A stretch of DNA of 64,000 nt from an uncultured Eubacteriaceae bacterium (lineage in GTDB: Bacteria > Bacillota > Clostridia > Lachnospirales > Lachnospiraceae). Where the stretch lies: contig CAMEUH010000001.1 of NCBI GenBank assembly GCA_945938055.1, positions 1,807-65,806 on the forward strand. Reading direction: 5' to 3'. Below the pieces are notes generated by a model. It made no database searches. It saw nothing but the letters and a program-made list of their open reading frames with translations, and was not told the origin of the DNA. Numbering within the stretch: position 1 is the stretch's first letter; each line of letters opens with the position of its first letter. Shown one piece after another: positions 30,887-42,266 of this stretch. The position numbers and the translations under genes were made by a program.

Positions 30887-31326
30887 TAGATCACCTCACA
30901 AGAACCACCAACAGCTTCAATCTTTTCTTTCGCTGATGCACTAAAAGCATTTGCCTTAACGTTGAGTTTCTTAGTTAATTCGCCATTACCAAGAATCTTA
31001 ACACCATCCTTTGGATTTGAAACGATACCAGCTTCCATTAATGTTTCAACAGATACTTCTGTACCATTCTCGAATGCCTCAAGAGCACTAACATTGATGC
31101 CGATGATTTCCTTGTAATTTCTGTTTGTGAATCCTCTCTTCGGAATTCTTCTGTATAATGGCATCTGACCACCTTCGAATCCTGGTCTTGGAGCTCCTGA
31201 ACGAGCCTTCTGACCCTTGTGACCCTTACCAGCTGTCTTACCATTTCCTGAACCGTGTCCACGGCCTCTTCTGAAATTATCGCTCTGTACTGAACCAGCA
31301 GCAGGCGTTAAATTTGATAAGTCCAT
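30886..31326 (-). CDS. rplO: 50S ribosomal protein L15
   Basis: [24 protein letters not shown]. Confidence 0.97.
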   Translation of the reverse strand: MDLSNLTPAAGSVQSDNFRRGRGHGSGNGKTAGKGHKGQKARSGAPRPGFEGGQMPLYRRIPKRGFTNRNYKEIIGINVSALEAFENGTEVSVETLMEAGIVSNPKDGVKILGNGELTKKLNVKANAFSASAKEKIEAVGGSCEVI

Positions 31327-31349
31327 CTTTATCCTCCTTATTCAAATCA

Positions 31350-31532
31350 TTAGATTTCTTCTACTTTTACTAAGTGTCTAACTCTCTGAATCATGCCTCT
31401 TGTTGCAGCATTATCAGGTAATTCAACAGTCTTATGCAGTTTCTTTAAGCCAAGAGCTTCAACTGTTTTAACCTGCTTAGGTACTGCACCAATAGTAGAC
31501 TTAACTAAAGTAATTTTTAATTTTTCTGCCAT
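31350..31532 (-). CDS. rpmD: 50S ribosomal protein L30
   Basis: LKITLVKSTIG...TVEALGLKK, 60 aa. Confidence 0.95.
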   Translation of the reverse strand: MAEKLKITLVKSTIGAVPKQVKTVEALGLKKLHKTVELPDNAATRGMIQRVRHLVKVEEI

Positions 31533-31549
31533 TTTTAGTCCCTCCCTAA

Positions 31550-32059
31550 TTAGTTATAAAGCTCATCAACTGACTTACCACGAAGTCTTGCAACTTCTTC
31601 CGGAGTCTTTAACTGGCTTAAACCAGCAATTGTTGCATATACAACATTCTGCTTATTGTTTGAGCCAAGTGACTTTGTACGAATATTCTTGATACCTGCA
31701 AGTTCGATAACGGAACGGGCAGGACCACCTGCGATAACACCAGTACCTTCTGGTGCTCTCTTTAATAACACATTAGCACTTCCAAACTTACCAACAAAGT
31801 CATGTGGAATGCTTAAATTCTCATCAACAGGTACAGAAACCAGATGTTTGATGGCATCTTCTTTTCCCTTGCGGATTGCTTCAGGAACTTCAGCAGCCTT
31901 ACCAATACCTGCACCAACGTGACCGTTGCCGTCACCAACAACTACCAATGCTGAAAAGCGCATGTTACGTCCACCCTTTACAACCTTAGTTACACGCTTG
32001 ATTGATACTACTTTTTCTGTAATTTCTAACTGACTAGCATCAATTATTGTACGTTTCAT
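31550..32059 (-). CDS. rpsE: 30S ribosomal protein S5
   Basis: [22 protein letters not shown]. Start trimmed to ATG 32059. Confidence 0.96.
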   Translation of the reverse strand: MKRTIIDASQLEITEKVVSIKRVTKVVKGGRNMRFSALVVVGDGNGHVGAGIGKAAEVPEAIRKGKEDAIKHLVSVPVDENLSIPHDFVGKFGSANVLLKRAPEGTGVIAGGPARSVIELAGIKNIRTKSLGSNNKQNVVYATIAGLSQLKTPEEVARLRGKSVDELYN

Positions 32060-32078
32060 GTATGTTTCTCCTCCCTGC

Positions 32079-32447
32079 TTAGAATTCAAGGCCAGCTTCT
32101 CTTGCTGCCTCTGCTAATGCTTTTACTTTACCCTGATATATGAAACCGCCTCTATCATAGACAACAGTTGTGATACCCTTTTCCAAGGCTCTCTTTGCAA
32201 TTACAGTTCCTAAGTATGCTGCTGCTGCAACATCATTCGTCTTTGTAAGCTCAGCCTTAACATCTTTTTCAAGAGTTGATGCTGCTACAAGTGTATTGCC
32301 AACTGTATCGTCGATAATCTGAGCGTACATATGATTATTACTTCTGAACACTGCCAAACGTGGTCTTTCAGCTGTACCACTGAAACGATTACGTAATTTC
32401 ATGTGTTTCTTTTCACGAACTTCTGCTCTTGATTTCTTACTAACCAT
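32079..32447 (-). CDS. rplR: 50S ribosomal protein L18
   Basis: [20 protein letters not shown]...[26 protein letters not shown]. Confidence 0.97.
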   Translation of the reverse strand: MVSKKSRAEVREKKHMKLRNRFSGTAERPRLAVFRSNNHMYAQIIDDTVGNTLVAASTLEKDVKAELTKTNDVAAAAYLGTVIAKRALEKGITTVVYDRGGFIYQGKVKALAEAAREAGLEF

Positions 32448-32465
32448 TTTTGTTCACTCCTTTAA

Positions 32466-33005
32466 TTATTTCTTACCAGTCTTACCAACTTTACGTCTGA
32501 TCACTTCATCAGCATACTTGATACCCTTGCCCTTATATGGTTCAGGTCCTCTCTTAGCTCTGATTTCAGCAGCGTACTGGCCAACCTTTTCTTTATCGAT
32601 ACCCTTTACAGTAATCTTGTTATCCTGAACAACAGACTCAAGACCTTCTGGATCTGTCATTTCTACCGGATGTGAATATCCAAGTGACAATACTAAAGTC
32701 TTTCCATTTTTCTGTGCCTTATAACCAACACCGTTTACTTCAAGAACCTTCTCGTAACCATCTGTTACACCAACAACCATGTTGTTAATTAATGTTCTTG
32801 TTAATCCGTGTAAGGACTTCATTTTCTTTAAGTCATTCGGTCTGGATACAACAATCTCAGAACCTTCAACCTTTATTTCCATTTCCGCAGGTAAAACTCT
32901 TTCAAGTGTTCCCTTTGGTCCTTTTACAGTCACTTTATTATTTTCTGCTAAATCAACTGTTACACCAGCTGGAATAGCGATAGGCATTCTTCCTATACGT
33001 GACAT
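32466..33005 (-). CDS. rplF: 50S ribosomal protein L6
   Basis: [15 protein letters not shown]. Start trimmed to ATG 33005. Confidence 0.96.
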   Translation of the reverse strand: MSRIGRMPIAIPAGVTVDLAENNKVTVKGPKGTLERVLPAEMEIKVEGSEIVVSRPNDLKKMKSLHGLTRTLINNMVVGVTDGYEKVLEVNGVGYKAQKNGKTLVLSLGYSHPVEMTDPEGLESVVQDNKITVKGIDKEKVGQYAAEIRAKRGPEPYKGKGIKYADEVIRRKVGKTGKK

Positions 33006-33053
33006 GCCGTGCACCTCCTAAATTCATTGGGATTAATATTTATCTTTTTTAAA

Positions 33054-33449
33054 TTACCAAACAAATGCAAGAACTTCGCCACCAACATTCAGCTTTCTTG
33101 CTTCCTTGTCAGTAATTACGCCCTGGTTTGTTGAAATAATTGCAATACCTAAGCCGCCAAGAACCTTTGGAAGTTCGTCCTTACCGGCATATACACGAAG
33201 ACCTGGCTTTGAAATTCTCTTAATACCAGAAATGATCTTCTCATTTTTATCTTTACCGTATTTTAATGTAATACGAATGTCCTTGAAGTTACCATTATCA
33301 ACAAGTTCAAAGCTCTTGATATATCCTTCGTTTAAAAGGATTTCAGCGATAGAAACCTTCATCTTAGATGCAGGAACATCAACTGTATCATGCTTAGCTG
33401 TATTAGCATTACGGATTCTTGTAAGCATATCTGCAATTGGATCTGTCAT
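33054..33449 (-). CDS. rpsH: 30S ribosomal protein S8
   Basis: [15 protein letters not shown]. Confidence 0.97.
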   Translation of the reverse strand: MTDPIADMLTRIRNANTAKHDTVDVPASKMKVSIAEILLNEGYIKSFELVDNGNFKDIRITLKYGKDKNEKIISGIKRISKPGLRVYAGKDELPKVLGGLGIAIISTNQGVITDKEARKLNVGGEVLAFVW

Positions 33450-33482
33450 TTTATCATTTCCTCCTTATAATCTATTGAAGAC

Positions 33483-33668
33483 TTACCAAGATGCTTTCTT
33501 AACACCTGGAATCTGTCCCTTATATGCTAATTCACGGAAGCAAATTCTGCAGATTCCGTATTTTTTTAAGTAAGCATGTGGACGACCACATATTCTACAA
33601 CGAGTATAAGCTCTTGTTGAAAACTTTGGTTTACGCTGCTGCTTTACTTTCATTGAAGTCTTAGCCAT
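33483..33668 (-). CDS. rpsZ: 30S ribosomal protein S14, zinc-binding type Z
   Basis: 61 aa with [10 protein letters not shown]...CRICFRE. Confidence 0.95.
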   Translation of the reverse strand: MAKTSMKVKQQRKPKFSTRAYTRCRICGRPHAYLKKYGICRICFRELAYKGQIPGVKKASW

Positions 33669-33686
33669 GGAATTTCCCTCCTATAA

Positions 33687-34226
33687 TTATTTCTTAAATG
33701 GCATATTGAATAATCTTAATAACTCACGTGCTTCTTCATCGGTCTTGGCTGTAGTAACAATAATTACATCCATACCACGAACCTTGTCAATCTTATCATA
33801 TTCAATTTCTGGGAAGATAATCTGCTCCTTAATACCAAGTGCATAGTTACCTCTTCCATCAAAAGAATCAGCGCTCACGCCTCTAAAGTCACGTACACGT
33901 GGTAATGCAAGATTTACTAAACGATCCAGGAATTCGTACATCTTCTCGTTACGTAATGTAACCTTACATCCGATTGGCATACCCTCACGAATCTTGAAGT
34001 TAGCTACTGAATTCTTAGCCTTTGTTAAAACTGCCTTCTGTCCGGCGATGGTTTCCATTTCCTTTACAGCAACATCTAAAATCTTAGCGTTATCCTTAGC
34101 TTCGCCGACACCCATGTTGATTACAATCTTATCAAGCTTTGGTACTTCCATGATATTCTTGTAACCAAATTTTTTCATCATAGCGTCTACTATTTCATTT
34201 CTGTATAAATCTTTAAGTCTACTCAC
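33687..34226 (-). CDS. rplE: 50S ribosomal protein L5
   Basis: [13 protein letters not shown]...NMGVGEA. Confidence 0.97.
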   Translation of the reverse strand: MSRLKDLYRNEIVDAMMKKFGYKNIMEVPKLDKIVINMGVGEAKDNAKILDVAVKEMETIAGQKAVLTKAKNSVANFKIREGMPIGCKVTLRNEKMYEFLDRLVNLALPRVRDFRGVSADSFDGRGNYALGIKEQIIFPEIEYDKIDKVRGMDVIIVTTAKTDEEARELLRLFNMPFKK

Positions 34227-34248
34227 TTTTCATAGCCTCCTTCCTCAA

Positions 34249-34572
34249 TTATTCGATAACTTCGCCAGTTGACTTTGCAACACGAACTTTTTTAAGGCCA
34301 TCTTTACCTTCTACGAACTTATAACCAATCTTTGTTGGCTGTCCCTTATATAAATACATAATGTTGGAAATATCAATTGGGCTTTCCTGATGAATAATAC
34401 CGCCCTGCTGGTTTGACATGCTTGGCTTAGCATGCTTGGTAACCATGTTGATACCTTCAACGATTGCTGTATGGTTCTTAGCATTGATTGAAACAACTTT
34501 TCCTTCTTTGCCCTTGTCTTTACCTGCGATTACTTTAACTAAATCGCCTTTTTTAATTCTAACAGCTGACAT
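34249..34572 (-). CDS. rplX: 50S ribosomal protein L24
   Basis: RIKKGDLVKVIAGKDKGKEGKV KOW motif. Start trimmed to ATG 34572 behind AGGAGG. Confidence 0.96.
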   Translation of the reverse strand: MSAVRIKKGDLVKVIAGKDKGKEGKVVSINAKNHTAIVEGINMVTKHAKPSMSNQQGGIIHQESPIDISNIMYLYKGQPTKIGYKFVEGKDGLKKVRVAKSTGEVIE

Positions 34573-34582
34573 GGTGTACCTC

Positions 34583-34951
34583 CTATAATACTTCCGGAGC
34601 AAGAGAAACAATCTTCATGAACTGCTTATCTCTTAACTCTCTTGCTACTGGTCCAAAAATACGGGTTCCTCTTGGGTTCTTGTCTTCCTTAATAATTACA
34701 GCAGCATTTTCATCAAATTTAATATAAGAACCGTCCTTACGACGAGCACCTTTTACTGTACGTACAACTACGGCCTTAACAACATCGCCCTTCTTTACAA
34801 CGCCGCCTGGTGTTGCATCTTTAACAGAAGCAACGATAACATCGCCGATATTTGCATATCTTCTAGTAGATCCGCCTAATACTCTAATGCAAAGGAGCTC
34901 CTTAGCACCAGTATTATCAGCAACCTTCAGTCTAGTTTCCTGTTGTATCAT
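34583..34951 (-). CDS. rplN: 50S ribosomal protein L14
   Basis: [18 protein letters not shown]. Confidence 0.98.
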   Translation of the reverse strand: MIQQETRLKVADNTGAKELLCIRVLGGSTRRYANIGDVIVASVKDATPGGVVKKGDVVKAVVVRTVKGARRKDGSYIKFDENAAVIIKEDKNPRGTRIFGPVARELRDKQFMKIVSLAPEVL

Positions 34952-34979
34952 AATACTACTCCTTTCAGTAATATTTCAA

Positions 34980-35234
34980 TTATTTTGCTCTACTAATAAG
35001 TTCAACAAATCTCCATCTCTTATCCTTAGATAAAGGTCTTGTTTCCATTACTTTTACAACGTCACCGATTAAACATTCATTGTTTTCATCATGTGCCTTT
35101 AATTTATATGTTCTCTTTACAATCTTGTTATATAAAGGATGCTTTACGTGATCTTCTACAGCAACAACGATTGTCTTATCCATTTTATTACTTACAACTC
35201 GGCCTGTACGAGTTTTTCTTAAATTTCTTTCCAC
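34980..35234 (-). CDS. rpsQ: 30S ribosomal protein S17
   Basis: [23 protein letters not shown] 35234 lies 7 nt after AAAGGAG. Confidence 0.93.
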   Translation of the reverse strand: MERNLRKTRTGRVVSNKMDKTIVVAVEDHVKHPLYNKIVKRTYKLKAHDENNECLIGDVVKVMETRPLSKDKRWRFVELISRAK

Positions 35235-35277
35235 AACAATTCTCCTTTCTCGCAATAACATCAATTATGCAAATAAA

Positions 35278-35478
35278 TTAGTTAGCCTGTTCAGCCATGA
35301 TTGTCTGAATTCTGGCAATGTTCTTTCTAACTTCTTTAATTCTGCTTGTGTTATCTAACTGATTTGTTGCGTTCTGGAATCTTAAATTGAAAAGTTCCTT
35401 TTTAGCAGCTACTAATTCTTCATTTAATTCTGCAGCTGATTTTGATCTTAAATCTTCTACATACTTATTAATTTTCAC
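35278..35478 (-). CDS. rpmC: 50S ribosomal protein L29
   Basis: [19 protein letters not shown]. Start is GTG 35478 or GTG 35487, overlapping the rplP end. Confidence 0.9.
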   Translation of the reverse strand: MKINKYVEDLRSKSAAELNEELVAAKKELFNLRFQNATNQLDNTSRIKEVRKNIARIQTIMAEQAN

Positions 35479-35905
35479 TGTTATCACCGCCTTCTAATTC
35501 TGCACGTGAAGCAATCTTGCACTTGCAAGGAAGTTTGTGCATTGCGAGACGTAATGCTTCTCTTGCTGTTTCTTCTGAAACACCAGCGATTTCAAACATT
35601 ACACGTCCTGGTTTAACTACTGCAACCCAACAATCCAAGCTACCTTTACCTTTACCCATACGAACACCGATAGGCTTTAATGTAACTGGCTTATCCGGGA
35701 AAATCTTAATCCAAACCTTACCACCACGCTTGATGTAACGTGTCATGGCAATTCTGGCTGCTTCAATCTGATTTGACTTAATCCAACATGGTTCCATAGC
35801 AATGATACCATATTCACCCTGGTTGATTACATTGCCTCTGGTAGCCTTACCAGCCATTGAACCACGGAACTGCTTACGATGTTTAACTCTCTTAGGTAAT
35901 AACAT
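35468..35905 (-). CDS. rplP: 50S ribosomal protein L16
   Basis: [15 protein letters not shown]. Confidence 0.98.
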   Translation of the reverse strand: MLLPKRVKHRKQFRGSMAGKATRGNVINQGEYGIIAMEPCWIKSNQIEAARIAMTRYIKRGGKVWIKIFPDKPVTLKPIGVRMGKGKGSLDCWVAVVKPGRVMFEIAGVSEETAREALRLAMHKLPCKCKIASRAELEGGDNSEN

Positions 35906-36561
35906 TACTGCTCGCTCCCTTCCTTAACTGACTTGGTTGGAAGAACTTCACCCTTATAAATCCAAACCTTAACGCCTAACTTACCATATGTTGTATCTGC
36001 TTCTGCAAAACCATAGTCGATGTCAGCACGTAATGTCTGAAGAGGAATTGTTCCTTCACTGTAGAATTCTGTACGAGCCATATCAGCTCCGCCTAAACGT
36101 CCTGAAACAGCTGCCTTAATTCCTTTTGCCTTAGCCTTCATTGTTCTAGACATTGCAGACTTCATTGCTCTTCTGAAAGAGATACGGTTCTCTAACTGAG
36201 CAGCAATATTTTCAGCAACAAGCTGTGCATCTGTATCTGGTCTCTTAACTTCCTTAATGTCTAAAACTAACTTCTTGTCTGTAAATTTCTGAATTTCTTT
36301 CTTTAATACCTCAATATCAGCACCGCCCTTACCGATAACAACACCTGGCTTAGCTGTATGGATAATAACCTTTAATCTGTCAGTAGGTCTTTCAATTTCG
36401 ATTTTTGAAATACCAGCTGAGTATAACTTTTCCTTCAGGAATTTTCTAATTTTATAGTCTTCAACAAGGTTGTCTGCAAAATCAGCCTCTGCATACCACT
36501 TTGAATCCCAATCCTTGATTACGCCGACTCTTATTCCATGTGGATTTACTTTCTGTCCCAT
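35905..36561 (-). CDS. rpsC: 30S ribosomal protein S3
   Basis: [13 protein letters not shown]. Start trimmed to ATG 36561. Confidence 0.97.
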   Translation of the reverse strand: MGQKVNPHGIRVGVIKDWDSKWYAEADFADNLVEDYKIRKFLKEKLYSAGISKIEIERPTDRLKVIIHTAKPGVVIGKGGADIEVLKKEIQKFTDKKLVLDIKEVKRPDTDAQLVAENIAAQLENRISFRRAMKSAMSRTMKAKAKGIKAAVSGRLGGADMARTEFYSEGTIPLQTLRADIDYGFAEADTTYGKLGVKVWIYKGEVLPTKSVKEGSEQ

Positions 36562-36601
36562 TGTAATCTCCTTTCCATTACCTTTACATATACGATGAAA
36601 A

Positions 36602-36988
36602 TTATCTCTCGTTAAGAACAACAGTGATGTGGCTGTTTCTCTTTAAGATTCTGTAAGCCCTGCCCTGTGCTCTTGGATGAATTCTCTTCATTGTAGGAGC
36701 CTGGTTAGCATAGCACTCTTCAACATAAAGCTTGCTACGGTCCATGCCATTATTGTTCTCTGCATTTGCAGCAGCTGATTCTAATAACTTCTTTATTAAA
36801 GAGGAAGCGTATCTTGGACTGTAAGTAACAATACCTAATGCAGTCTCCAAATCCTTGCCTCTAATCGCGTCTAATACGAAACATGCCTTCTGTACAGATA
36901 CTCTAGCATAAGATAACTTAGCTGATGGTCTTGTATCCTTAACGGCATTTCTCTCTCTTTTAATTTTGGATCTATGTCCCTTAGCCAT
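36602..36988 (-). CDS. rplV: 50S ribosomal protein L22
   Basis: [18 protein letters not shown]...[20 protein letters not shown]. Confidence 0.96.
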   Translation of the reverse strand: MAKGHRSKIKRERNAVKDTRPSAKLSYARVSVQKACFVLDAIRGKDLETALGIVTYSPRYASSLIKKLLESAAANAENNNGMDRSKLYVEECYANQAPTMKRIHPRAQGRAYRILKRNSHITVVLNER

Positions 36989-37017
36989 GGATTAAACCTC
37001 CTTTCGAATATCGCAAA

Positions 37018-37296
37018 TTAACGCTTTGTTTTCTTTTCGTCTTTACCATGTCCTCTGAATGTTCTTGTGGCAACAAACTCACCGAGCTTATGTCCTACCA
37101 TGTCTTCTGTGATATAAACAGGTACATGTCTTCTGCCATCATGAACTGCAATTGTATGTCCAACCATCTGTGGGAAGATTGTGGAACGTCTTGACCAGGT
37201 CTTAACAACCTGCTTGCTTCCTGAAGCGTTCAATGCATCAATCTTCTTAAGCAAATGTGCATCTGCAAATGGTCCTTTTTTAAGTGAACGAGCCAT
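37018..37296 (-). CDS. rpsS: 30S ribosomal protein S19
   Basis: [10 protein letters not shown]...GHKLGEF. Confidence 0.98.
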   Translation of the reverse strand: MARSLKKGPFADAHLLKKIDALNASGSKQVVKTWSRRSTIFPQMVGHTIAVHDGRRHVPVYITEDMVGHKLGEFVATRTFRGHGKDEKKTKR

Positions 37297-37324
37297 TGGT
37301 TCTCCTCCTTATAACCTTTATAAA

Positions 37325-38170
37325 TTATTTAATGCCTTTACCGTCTCTTCTTCTTACAATAAGCTTGTTAGACTGCTTATTCTTCTTTCTGGTCTTTAAG
37401 CCAAGTGCTGGTTTACCCCAAGGTGTTACAGGGCCTGGGCGTCCAACAGAACACTTACCTTCACCACCACCGTGTGGATGGTCATTAGGGTTCATTACAG
37501 AACCACGAACAGTCGGTCTGATGCCCATATGGCGCTTACGTCCAGCCTTACCAATGTTTACAAGGTTATGGTCTGCATTTCCAACTACACCGATTGTTGC
37601 ACGGCAGTTGATTGGAACCATTCTCATTTCGCCGGATGGTAATCTAAGTGTTGCATACTTACCTTCCTTAGCCATTAACTGAGCTGCATTACCAGCAGAA
37701 CGAACTAACTGTCCACCCTTTCCTGGATGTAACTCAATATTGTGTACTTCTGTACCTACCGGAATTTCAGACAGTGGTAAGCAGTTACCAACTCTGATTT
37801 CTGCTTCTGCACCATTCATGACTGTCATTCCATCTGTTAATCCCTGTGGTGCAAGGATATATGCTTTCTCGCCGTCTGCATAGCAGATTAAAGCGATGTT
37901 TGCTGTTCTGTTTGGATCGTATTCAATTCCGATAACCTTTGCCGGAATTCCATCCTTACCGTTTCTCTTGAAATCGATAATTCTATATTTTTTCTTAGCT
38001 CCGCCTCCGCGGTGTCTTACAGTGATCTTACCCTGATTGTTACGACCAGAATTCTTCTTTAAGGAAACTACCAGTGACTTTTCTGGAGTACTCTTGGTAA
38101 TTTCAGAGAAATCAGAACCTGTCATATTTCTTCTAGAAGGTGTATATGGGTTATATGTCTTAATTCCCAT
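37325..38170 (-). CDS. rplB: 50S ribosomal protein L2
   Basis: [12 protein letters not shown]...[13 protein letters not shown]. Confidence 0.98.
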   Translation of the reverse strand: MGIKTYNPYTPSRRNMTGSDFSEITKSTPEKSLVVSLKKNSGRNNQGKITVRHRGGGAKKKYRIIDFKRNGKDGIPAKVIGIEYDPNRTANIALICYADGEKAYILAPQGLTDGMTVMNGAEAEIRVGNCLPLSEIPVGTEVHNIELHPGKGGQLVRSAGNAAQLMAKEGKYATLRLPSGEMRMVPINCRATIGVVGNADHNLVNIGKAGRKRHMGIRPTVRGSVMNPNDHPHGGGEGKCSVGRPGPVTPWGKPALGLKTRKKNKQSNKLIVRRRDGKGIK

Positions 38171-38233
38171 TTCGTTGTCACTCCTTTCATGTGTATCGGC
38201 ATAATATTGTTTTCTATGCCCTTCTATCTAATC

Positions 38234-38533
38234 TTAGAGACCTTCAAAAATCTCAATATCCTTGCTGTCAGCCGTTAACTTAACAATAGCCTTCTTTGTC
38301 TTAACTGTCTTGCCAAATGTCATTCCTCTTCTCTTGGTCTTACCTTCACAGTTCATTGTGTTAACGCTTGCAACCTTAGTTCCTTCGAACATCTTTTCAA
38401 CAGCTTCCTTAATCATTGTCTTGTTAGCTTCCGGATGTACAAGGAAAGTATACTTCTTATCTGCCATGTCTGCCATGGACTTTTCAGTCACAACTGGCTT
38501 GAGGATTACATCATAATACTGTACGTTTGCCAT
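38234..38533 (-). CDS. rplW: 50S ribosomal protein L23
   Basis: [13 protein letters not shown], 99 aa. Confidence 0.96.
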   Translation of the reverse strand: MANVQYYDVILKPVVTEKSMADMADKKYTFLVHPEANKTMIKEAVEKMFEGTKVASVNTMNCEGKTKRRGMTFGKTVKTKKAIVKLTADSKDIEIFEGL

Positions 38534-39153
38534 TATGCATACACCTCCTCGATTGTTGCAACAGCTGCCTTTGTAACTAACAATGTATCATACTTTAAGA
38601 TATCGTATACATTGATTTCGTTTGTCTGAGCTGTCTTTACTGTAGGAATATTTCTTGCTGATAAAATAACATTGGAATCAACATCATTTAAAACAACAAG
38701 TGCCTTATCAACCTTTAAGTTGTTCATGACTTCCACGAACTTCTTTGTCTTGATTTCATCAAACTTTAATTCATCAACAACAACCATCTTGTTTTCAAGA
38801 ACTCTTGATGTTAATGCTGAAAGAAGAGCTGCCCTCTTTTCTTTCTTGTTTAACTTGAAAGAATAATCTCTTGGCTTTGGTGCGAATACAACTCCGCCGC
38901 CCTTCCACTGTGGAGCTCTGGTTGAACCCTGTCTTGCATGACCGGTTCCCTTCTGTCTCCAAGGTCTTCCCCGGCCACCAGATACTTCAGAACGAGTCTT
39001 TGCGCTCTGTGTTCCCTGACGATTATTTGCGAGCTGGCTTACAACTGCCATGTGTACAAGATGTTCATTTACTTCTACACCAAATACAGCATCGTTAAGC
39101 TCCATTGTGCCAACTTCTTTGCCTTCCATATTGTAAACAGATACGTTTGCCAT
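38533..39153 (-). CDS. rplD: 50S ribosomal protein L4
   Basis: [20 protein letters not shown]. Confidence 0.97.
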   Translation of the reverse strand: MANVSVYNMEGKEVGTMELNDAVFGVEVNEHLVHMAVVSQLANNRQGTQSAKTRSEVSGGRGRPWRQKGTGHARQGSTRAPQWKGGGVVFAPKPRDYSFKLNKKEKRAALLSALTSRVLENKMVVVDELKFDEIKTKKFVEVMNNLKVDKALVVLNDVDSNVILSARNIPTVKTAQTNEINVYDILKYDTLLVTKAAVATIEEVYA

Positions 39154-39181
39154 CTGTGTGTTCCTCCTTCCTTAATAAGAA

Positions 39182-39817
39182 CTAAATATCAGTCTTAACT
39201 GTTTCCTTAAGTGTTACTAATGCTTTCTTAGGACCAGGTACTGCACCCTTAACTAAGATTAAGTTGTTCTCTGCATCAACCTTAACAACCTCAAGATTCT
39301 GGATTGTAATCTTCTTACCACCCATCTGGCCAGGCATTCCCTTGCCCTTAAATACTCTACCCGGAGTAGTTGCAGAACCATTGGAACCCTGATGTCTGTG
39401 GAACTTGGAACCATGAGCCATAGGTCCTCTGGACTGGCCTAATCTCTTGATTGCGCCCTGGAATCCCTTACCCTTTGAAATTGCGGATGCATCAATGTGA
39501 TCACCTGCTGCGAAGATATCTGCCTTGATTTCATCCTTAACAGAATACTCTTCAGCATTTTCAAATCTGAACTCCTTAAGGAATCTCTTATAAGAAACAC
39601 CTGCTTTGTCATAATGTCCCTTTGTTGGCTTGTTTACTAACTTTTCCTTCTTGTCAGCAAAACCAACCTGAACTGCACTGTATCCATCATTTTCAACTGT
39701 CTTAACCTGTGTTACCACACAAGGCCCAGCCTGCAATACAGTAACCGGAGTTAAAACTCCGTCTTCATTGAAGATTTGAGTCATTCCGACTTTTGTCGCT
39801 AAAATCGCTTTCTTCAT
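39182..39817 (-). CDS. rplC: 50S ribosomal protein L3
   Basis: KVGMTQIF...[10 protein letters not shown]. Confidence 0.97.
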   Translation of the reverse strand: MKKAILATKVGMTQIFNEDGVLTPVTVLQAGPCVVTQVKTVENDGYSAVQVGFADKKEKLVNKPTKGHYDKAGVSYKRFLKEFRFENAEEYSVKDEIKADIFAAGDHIDASAISKGKGFQGAIKRLGQSRGPMAHGSKFHRHQGSNGSATTPGRVFKGKGMPGQMGGKKITIQNLEVVKVDAENNLILVKGAVPGPKKALVTLKETVKTDI

Positions 39818-40019
39818 TCTTGCTTCCTCCTGTTTAATCTACAGCGGATTAGAACTTTCGTCCTAATCATCCTAGAACAGTCAATATAAGTGGAACCTAC
39901 ACCACTGTGTATATGTTGCTTCTATATTAAACCCTTCAGGACTAACTACTTGTTAATAATTGTTATCACTTCTTACTGATTCCAATCGTTCTTTTGCTGT
40001 GCAAAGAACTCCATTGGAA

Positions 40020-40337
40020 TTACTTGTTCTTCATCTTGATGTCGATGTACACACCAGCTGGCATCTCTAATCTAGATAAAGCATCTACAGTCTTCTGTGA
40101 TGGAGTAATGATATCGATTAATCTCTTGTGTGTTCTCTGTTCGAACTGTTCTCTGGAATCCTTATACTTATGAACAGCTCTTAAGATTGTAACAACTTCC
40201 TTCTTTGTTGGAAGAGGTACCGGACCACTCACCTGAGATCCTGTCTTCTTAACAGTCTCGATAATCTTCTTGGCTGACTGATCTACTAACTGATGATCGT
40301 AAGCCTTCAATGTGATTCTCATTACTTGACTTGCCAT
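40020..40337 (-). CDS. rpsJ: 30S ribosomal protein S10
   Basis: [16 protein letters not shown]...PLPTKK. Start trimmed to ATG 40337. Confidence 0.96.
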   Translation of the reverse strand: MASQVMRITLKAYDHQLVDQSAKKIIETVKKTGSQVSGPVPLPTKKEVVTILRAVHKYKDSREQFEQRTHKRLIDIITPSQKTVDALSRLEMPAGVYIDIKMKNK

Positions 40338-40587
40338 AAAAAAAGTCGCCTCCTTTTCGTACTTTTGTGAATTAGTACGACAAGCGGTGACTGTACACAT
40401 CCCCGTGTGTTTCCTGACTTTCCATTTGGAGTTTCAGACTACCACACGCCCTGCTTCGCAGGCTACTATTCGGTACAGTGACTTGTCGCCAGTTTGTTAA
40501 GCCTTTCGGCTCTTGACATTCGCTCCACGGAAAACCCATATTCTTCATATGGCAACCTCACGCTTCTACGCTATCAATGTCACAGCA
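40338..40587 (-). promoter_or_regulatory. Long (~250 nt) structured 5' leader of the S10 operon
   Basis: No ORF. Multiple complementary segments, for example CGTGTG...CACACG and GTCGTAC...GTACGAA next to the RBS. Confidence 0.45.
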
Positions 40588-40593
40588 AATATT

Positions 40594-40622
40594 AGTATAT
40601 ATTCCGTTCTTAACAAATGCAA
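40594..40622 (-). promoter_or_regulatory. Sigma-A promoter of the S10-spc-alpha cluster
   Basis: Minus strand TTGCAT, 17 nt, TATACT, with an A/T-rich UP-like tract upstream. Confidence 0.65.
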
Positions 40623-40737
40623 GCATTTTTTTACAATTTCATTAAAAAAGATTGTACTTTTTTTTGTACAATACTTTAAAACTCCATTTTATATGAGCTG
40701 ATTCCATATAATTATAGAAGAAACGTTCTTATCCGTT

Positions 40738-41622
40738 TTACACCATTATCATATATCCTGCTTCAAAGGTATCTCCACTATCAAGTGCATTGCCCCATTC
40801 GCGTTCAGTAATATCCCCTTCAAAATCAGTCCTGTCACATCTTCCATACCATGGTTCAATACAGACAAAAGGTGCTGTTTCCTTCACATCTTTCTTCACC
40901 GGAGACCAGATTCCAAAAAGCGGTGCATCAAACCGAACCGTTAAATATGCTTCCTCCATTTCGTTTAACAGCTGTACACATTGGATACCACTTTCTTCTA
41001 TAATTAATGCATCCTTGTCAAACAAATGATCCAGCACCGGAAGTTTTCCATTCTCCAACTGGTATTCATCATAAATATCTCCCACAAGACCATCTTCAAC
41101 AATTCTATGGCTTACAACTTTCTCTTTTCCCTCAAGCTTTACAAAACATTTTCTTCTTTCTTCCTCCGGACGAAGCGGGCAGCTAAATGCCGGATGTCCT
41201 CCAATGGAAAAATACATTTTCTGGTTATCCAGATTCGTCACCTTCCATAAAACCTTTACCCCTCTTTCCATAAGGCGGTATCCAATTTCCAGTTGAAAAC
41301 GAAACGGATATTTTGAAAGAGTTTCTTCATTATATAAGAGAGAAAACCAGAGTTCCTGTTCCGTGCTGCTTTCCAGTTCAAATTCCATATCACGTGCAAA
41401 TCCATGCTGGGACATAAAATATTCTTTTCCTTCATAACGGTATTTCCCACTCTTAAGACTTCCAACCAACGGAAAAAGTATTGGCGACGTTCTCTTCCAG
41501 TATACAGGATTTCCCTGCCACAGATACTCTAACTGTGTCTTATTATCTACCAGCGATTTTAATTCTGCCCCAAAGCTATCTACTTTTATTGTAATGAAAC
41601 TATTTTTTATGGTGTAAATCAT
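40738..41622 (-). CDS. Aldose 1-epimerase family protein (LacX/YihR-like)
   Basis: FGAELKSL...ILFPLVGSLK...SQHGFAR...GGHPAF motifs. ATG 41622 lies 7 nt after GGAGGG. Confidence 0.85.
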   Translation of the reverse strand: MIYTIKNSFITIKVDSFGAELKSLVDNKTQLEYLWQGNPVYWKRTSPILFPLVGSLKSGKYRYEGKEYFMSQHGFARDMEFELESSTEQELWFSLLYNEETLSKYPFRFQLEIGYRLMERGVKVLWKVTNLDNQKMYFSIGGHPAFSCPLRPEEERRKCFVKLEGKEKVVSHRIVEDGLVGDIYDEYQLENGKLPVLDHLFDKDALIIEESGIQCVQLLNEMEEAYLTVRFDAPLFGIWSPVKKDVKETAPFVCIEPWYGRCDRTDFEGDITEREWGNALDSGDTFEAGYMIMV

Positions 41623-41711
41623 TTCCATGCCCTCCAATCCATTTTATCCCTTTCTTCTTATTATAGTGTTTTCCTTTGGGCATCGCAATAATAAGGTGTC
41701 ACCATTTTCTC

Positions 41712-42266
41712 TTATGTTTCTCCCTCCCAAAATGCCTTCCTCATTTTTTCAACGGCTTTATAATATCTGGTTTTTACACTCGACTCCGGCATATGAAGTT
41801 CTTGACCAATTTTTGCAAATTTTTCCTCTTCCAGAAGCTTTCTCTTAAGAATTACTCCATCCGGTTCCTCCAGTCCATCAATATACCGCTCTACCTCTGC
41901 AAGCTGTTCACGTTTTTTCGTTCGTTCCTCAAGCTGCTCAAGAAGCATCCCTTCCTCCGAAATATCCTCAATACTAATCCACTCCGCTTTCCCCCTGCTT
42001 CGATATACATCAATGATATAATTCTCCGCAACCGCATGAATCCAAGTTTTAAATTTCGCCTTCTTTACGGAATAGTTATTAAGATTCTTCAGAACCCGCA
42101 GAAAAATTTCATGCGTGACATCCATAATCAGATCATTGTTTCCCATCTTCTCATAAACAAGCTTATAAACCCATCGATAATAGCGTTCTATTAATTTTTC
42201 CCCCGCCCACCGGTCTTGTTCTTCAACAATCCGGCGTACCAGTTCTTCATCCGAAAGAAACACCAT
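41712..42266 (-). CDS. ECF-type sigma-70 family RNA polymerase sigma factor
   Basis: Region 2 (LIERYYRWVYKLVY...DVTHEIFLRV...FKTWIHAVAENYIIDVYR) and region 4 HTH (FAKIGQELHMPESSVKTRYYKAVEKM). About 184 aa. The start overlaps the upstream ORF by ~75 nt. Confidence 0.85.
   Translation of the reverse strand: MVFLSDEELVRRIVEEQDRWAGEKLIERYYRWVYKLVYEKMGNNDLIMDVTHEIFLRVLKNLNNYSVKKAKFKTWIHAVAENYIIDVYRSRGKAEWISIEDISEEGMLLEQLEERTKKREQLAEVERYIDGLEEPDGVILKRKLLEEEKFAKIGQELHMPESSVKTRYYKAVEKMRKAFWEGET

Noticed and set aside
20627-40000. Dozens of 60-155-aa ORFs on the plus strand inside the ribosomal cluster (for example 33106-33573, 37284-37682 and 24180-24563)
   Set aside because: All are antisense to highly recognisable ribosomal, secY or rpoA genes. 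They are typical shadow ORFs from codon-biased genes.
40650-40672. Palindrome ATTGTAC-T8-GTACAAT upstream of the S10 promoter as an operator
   Set aside because: On the minus strand it is followed by CTTTTTT and lies ~70 nt after the aldose-epimerase stop. It is more simply a weak AT-rich terminator, and too weak to list as a feature.
41676-42194. 172-aa plus-strand ORF (and the 73-aa ORF at 41627-41848)
   Set aside because: It lies antisense to the well-supported ECF sigma gene, is low-complexity (F/L/I-rich), and has no RBS. Treated as a shadow ORF.
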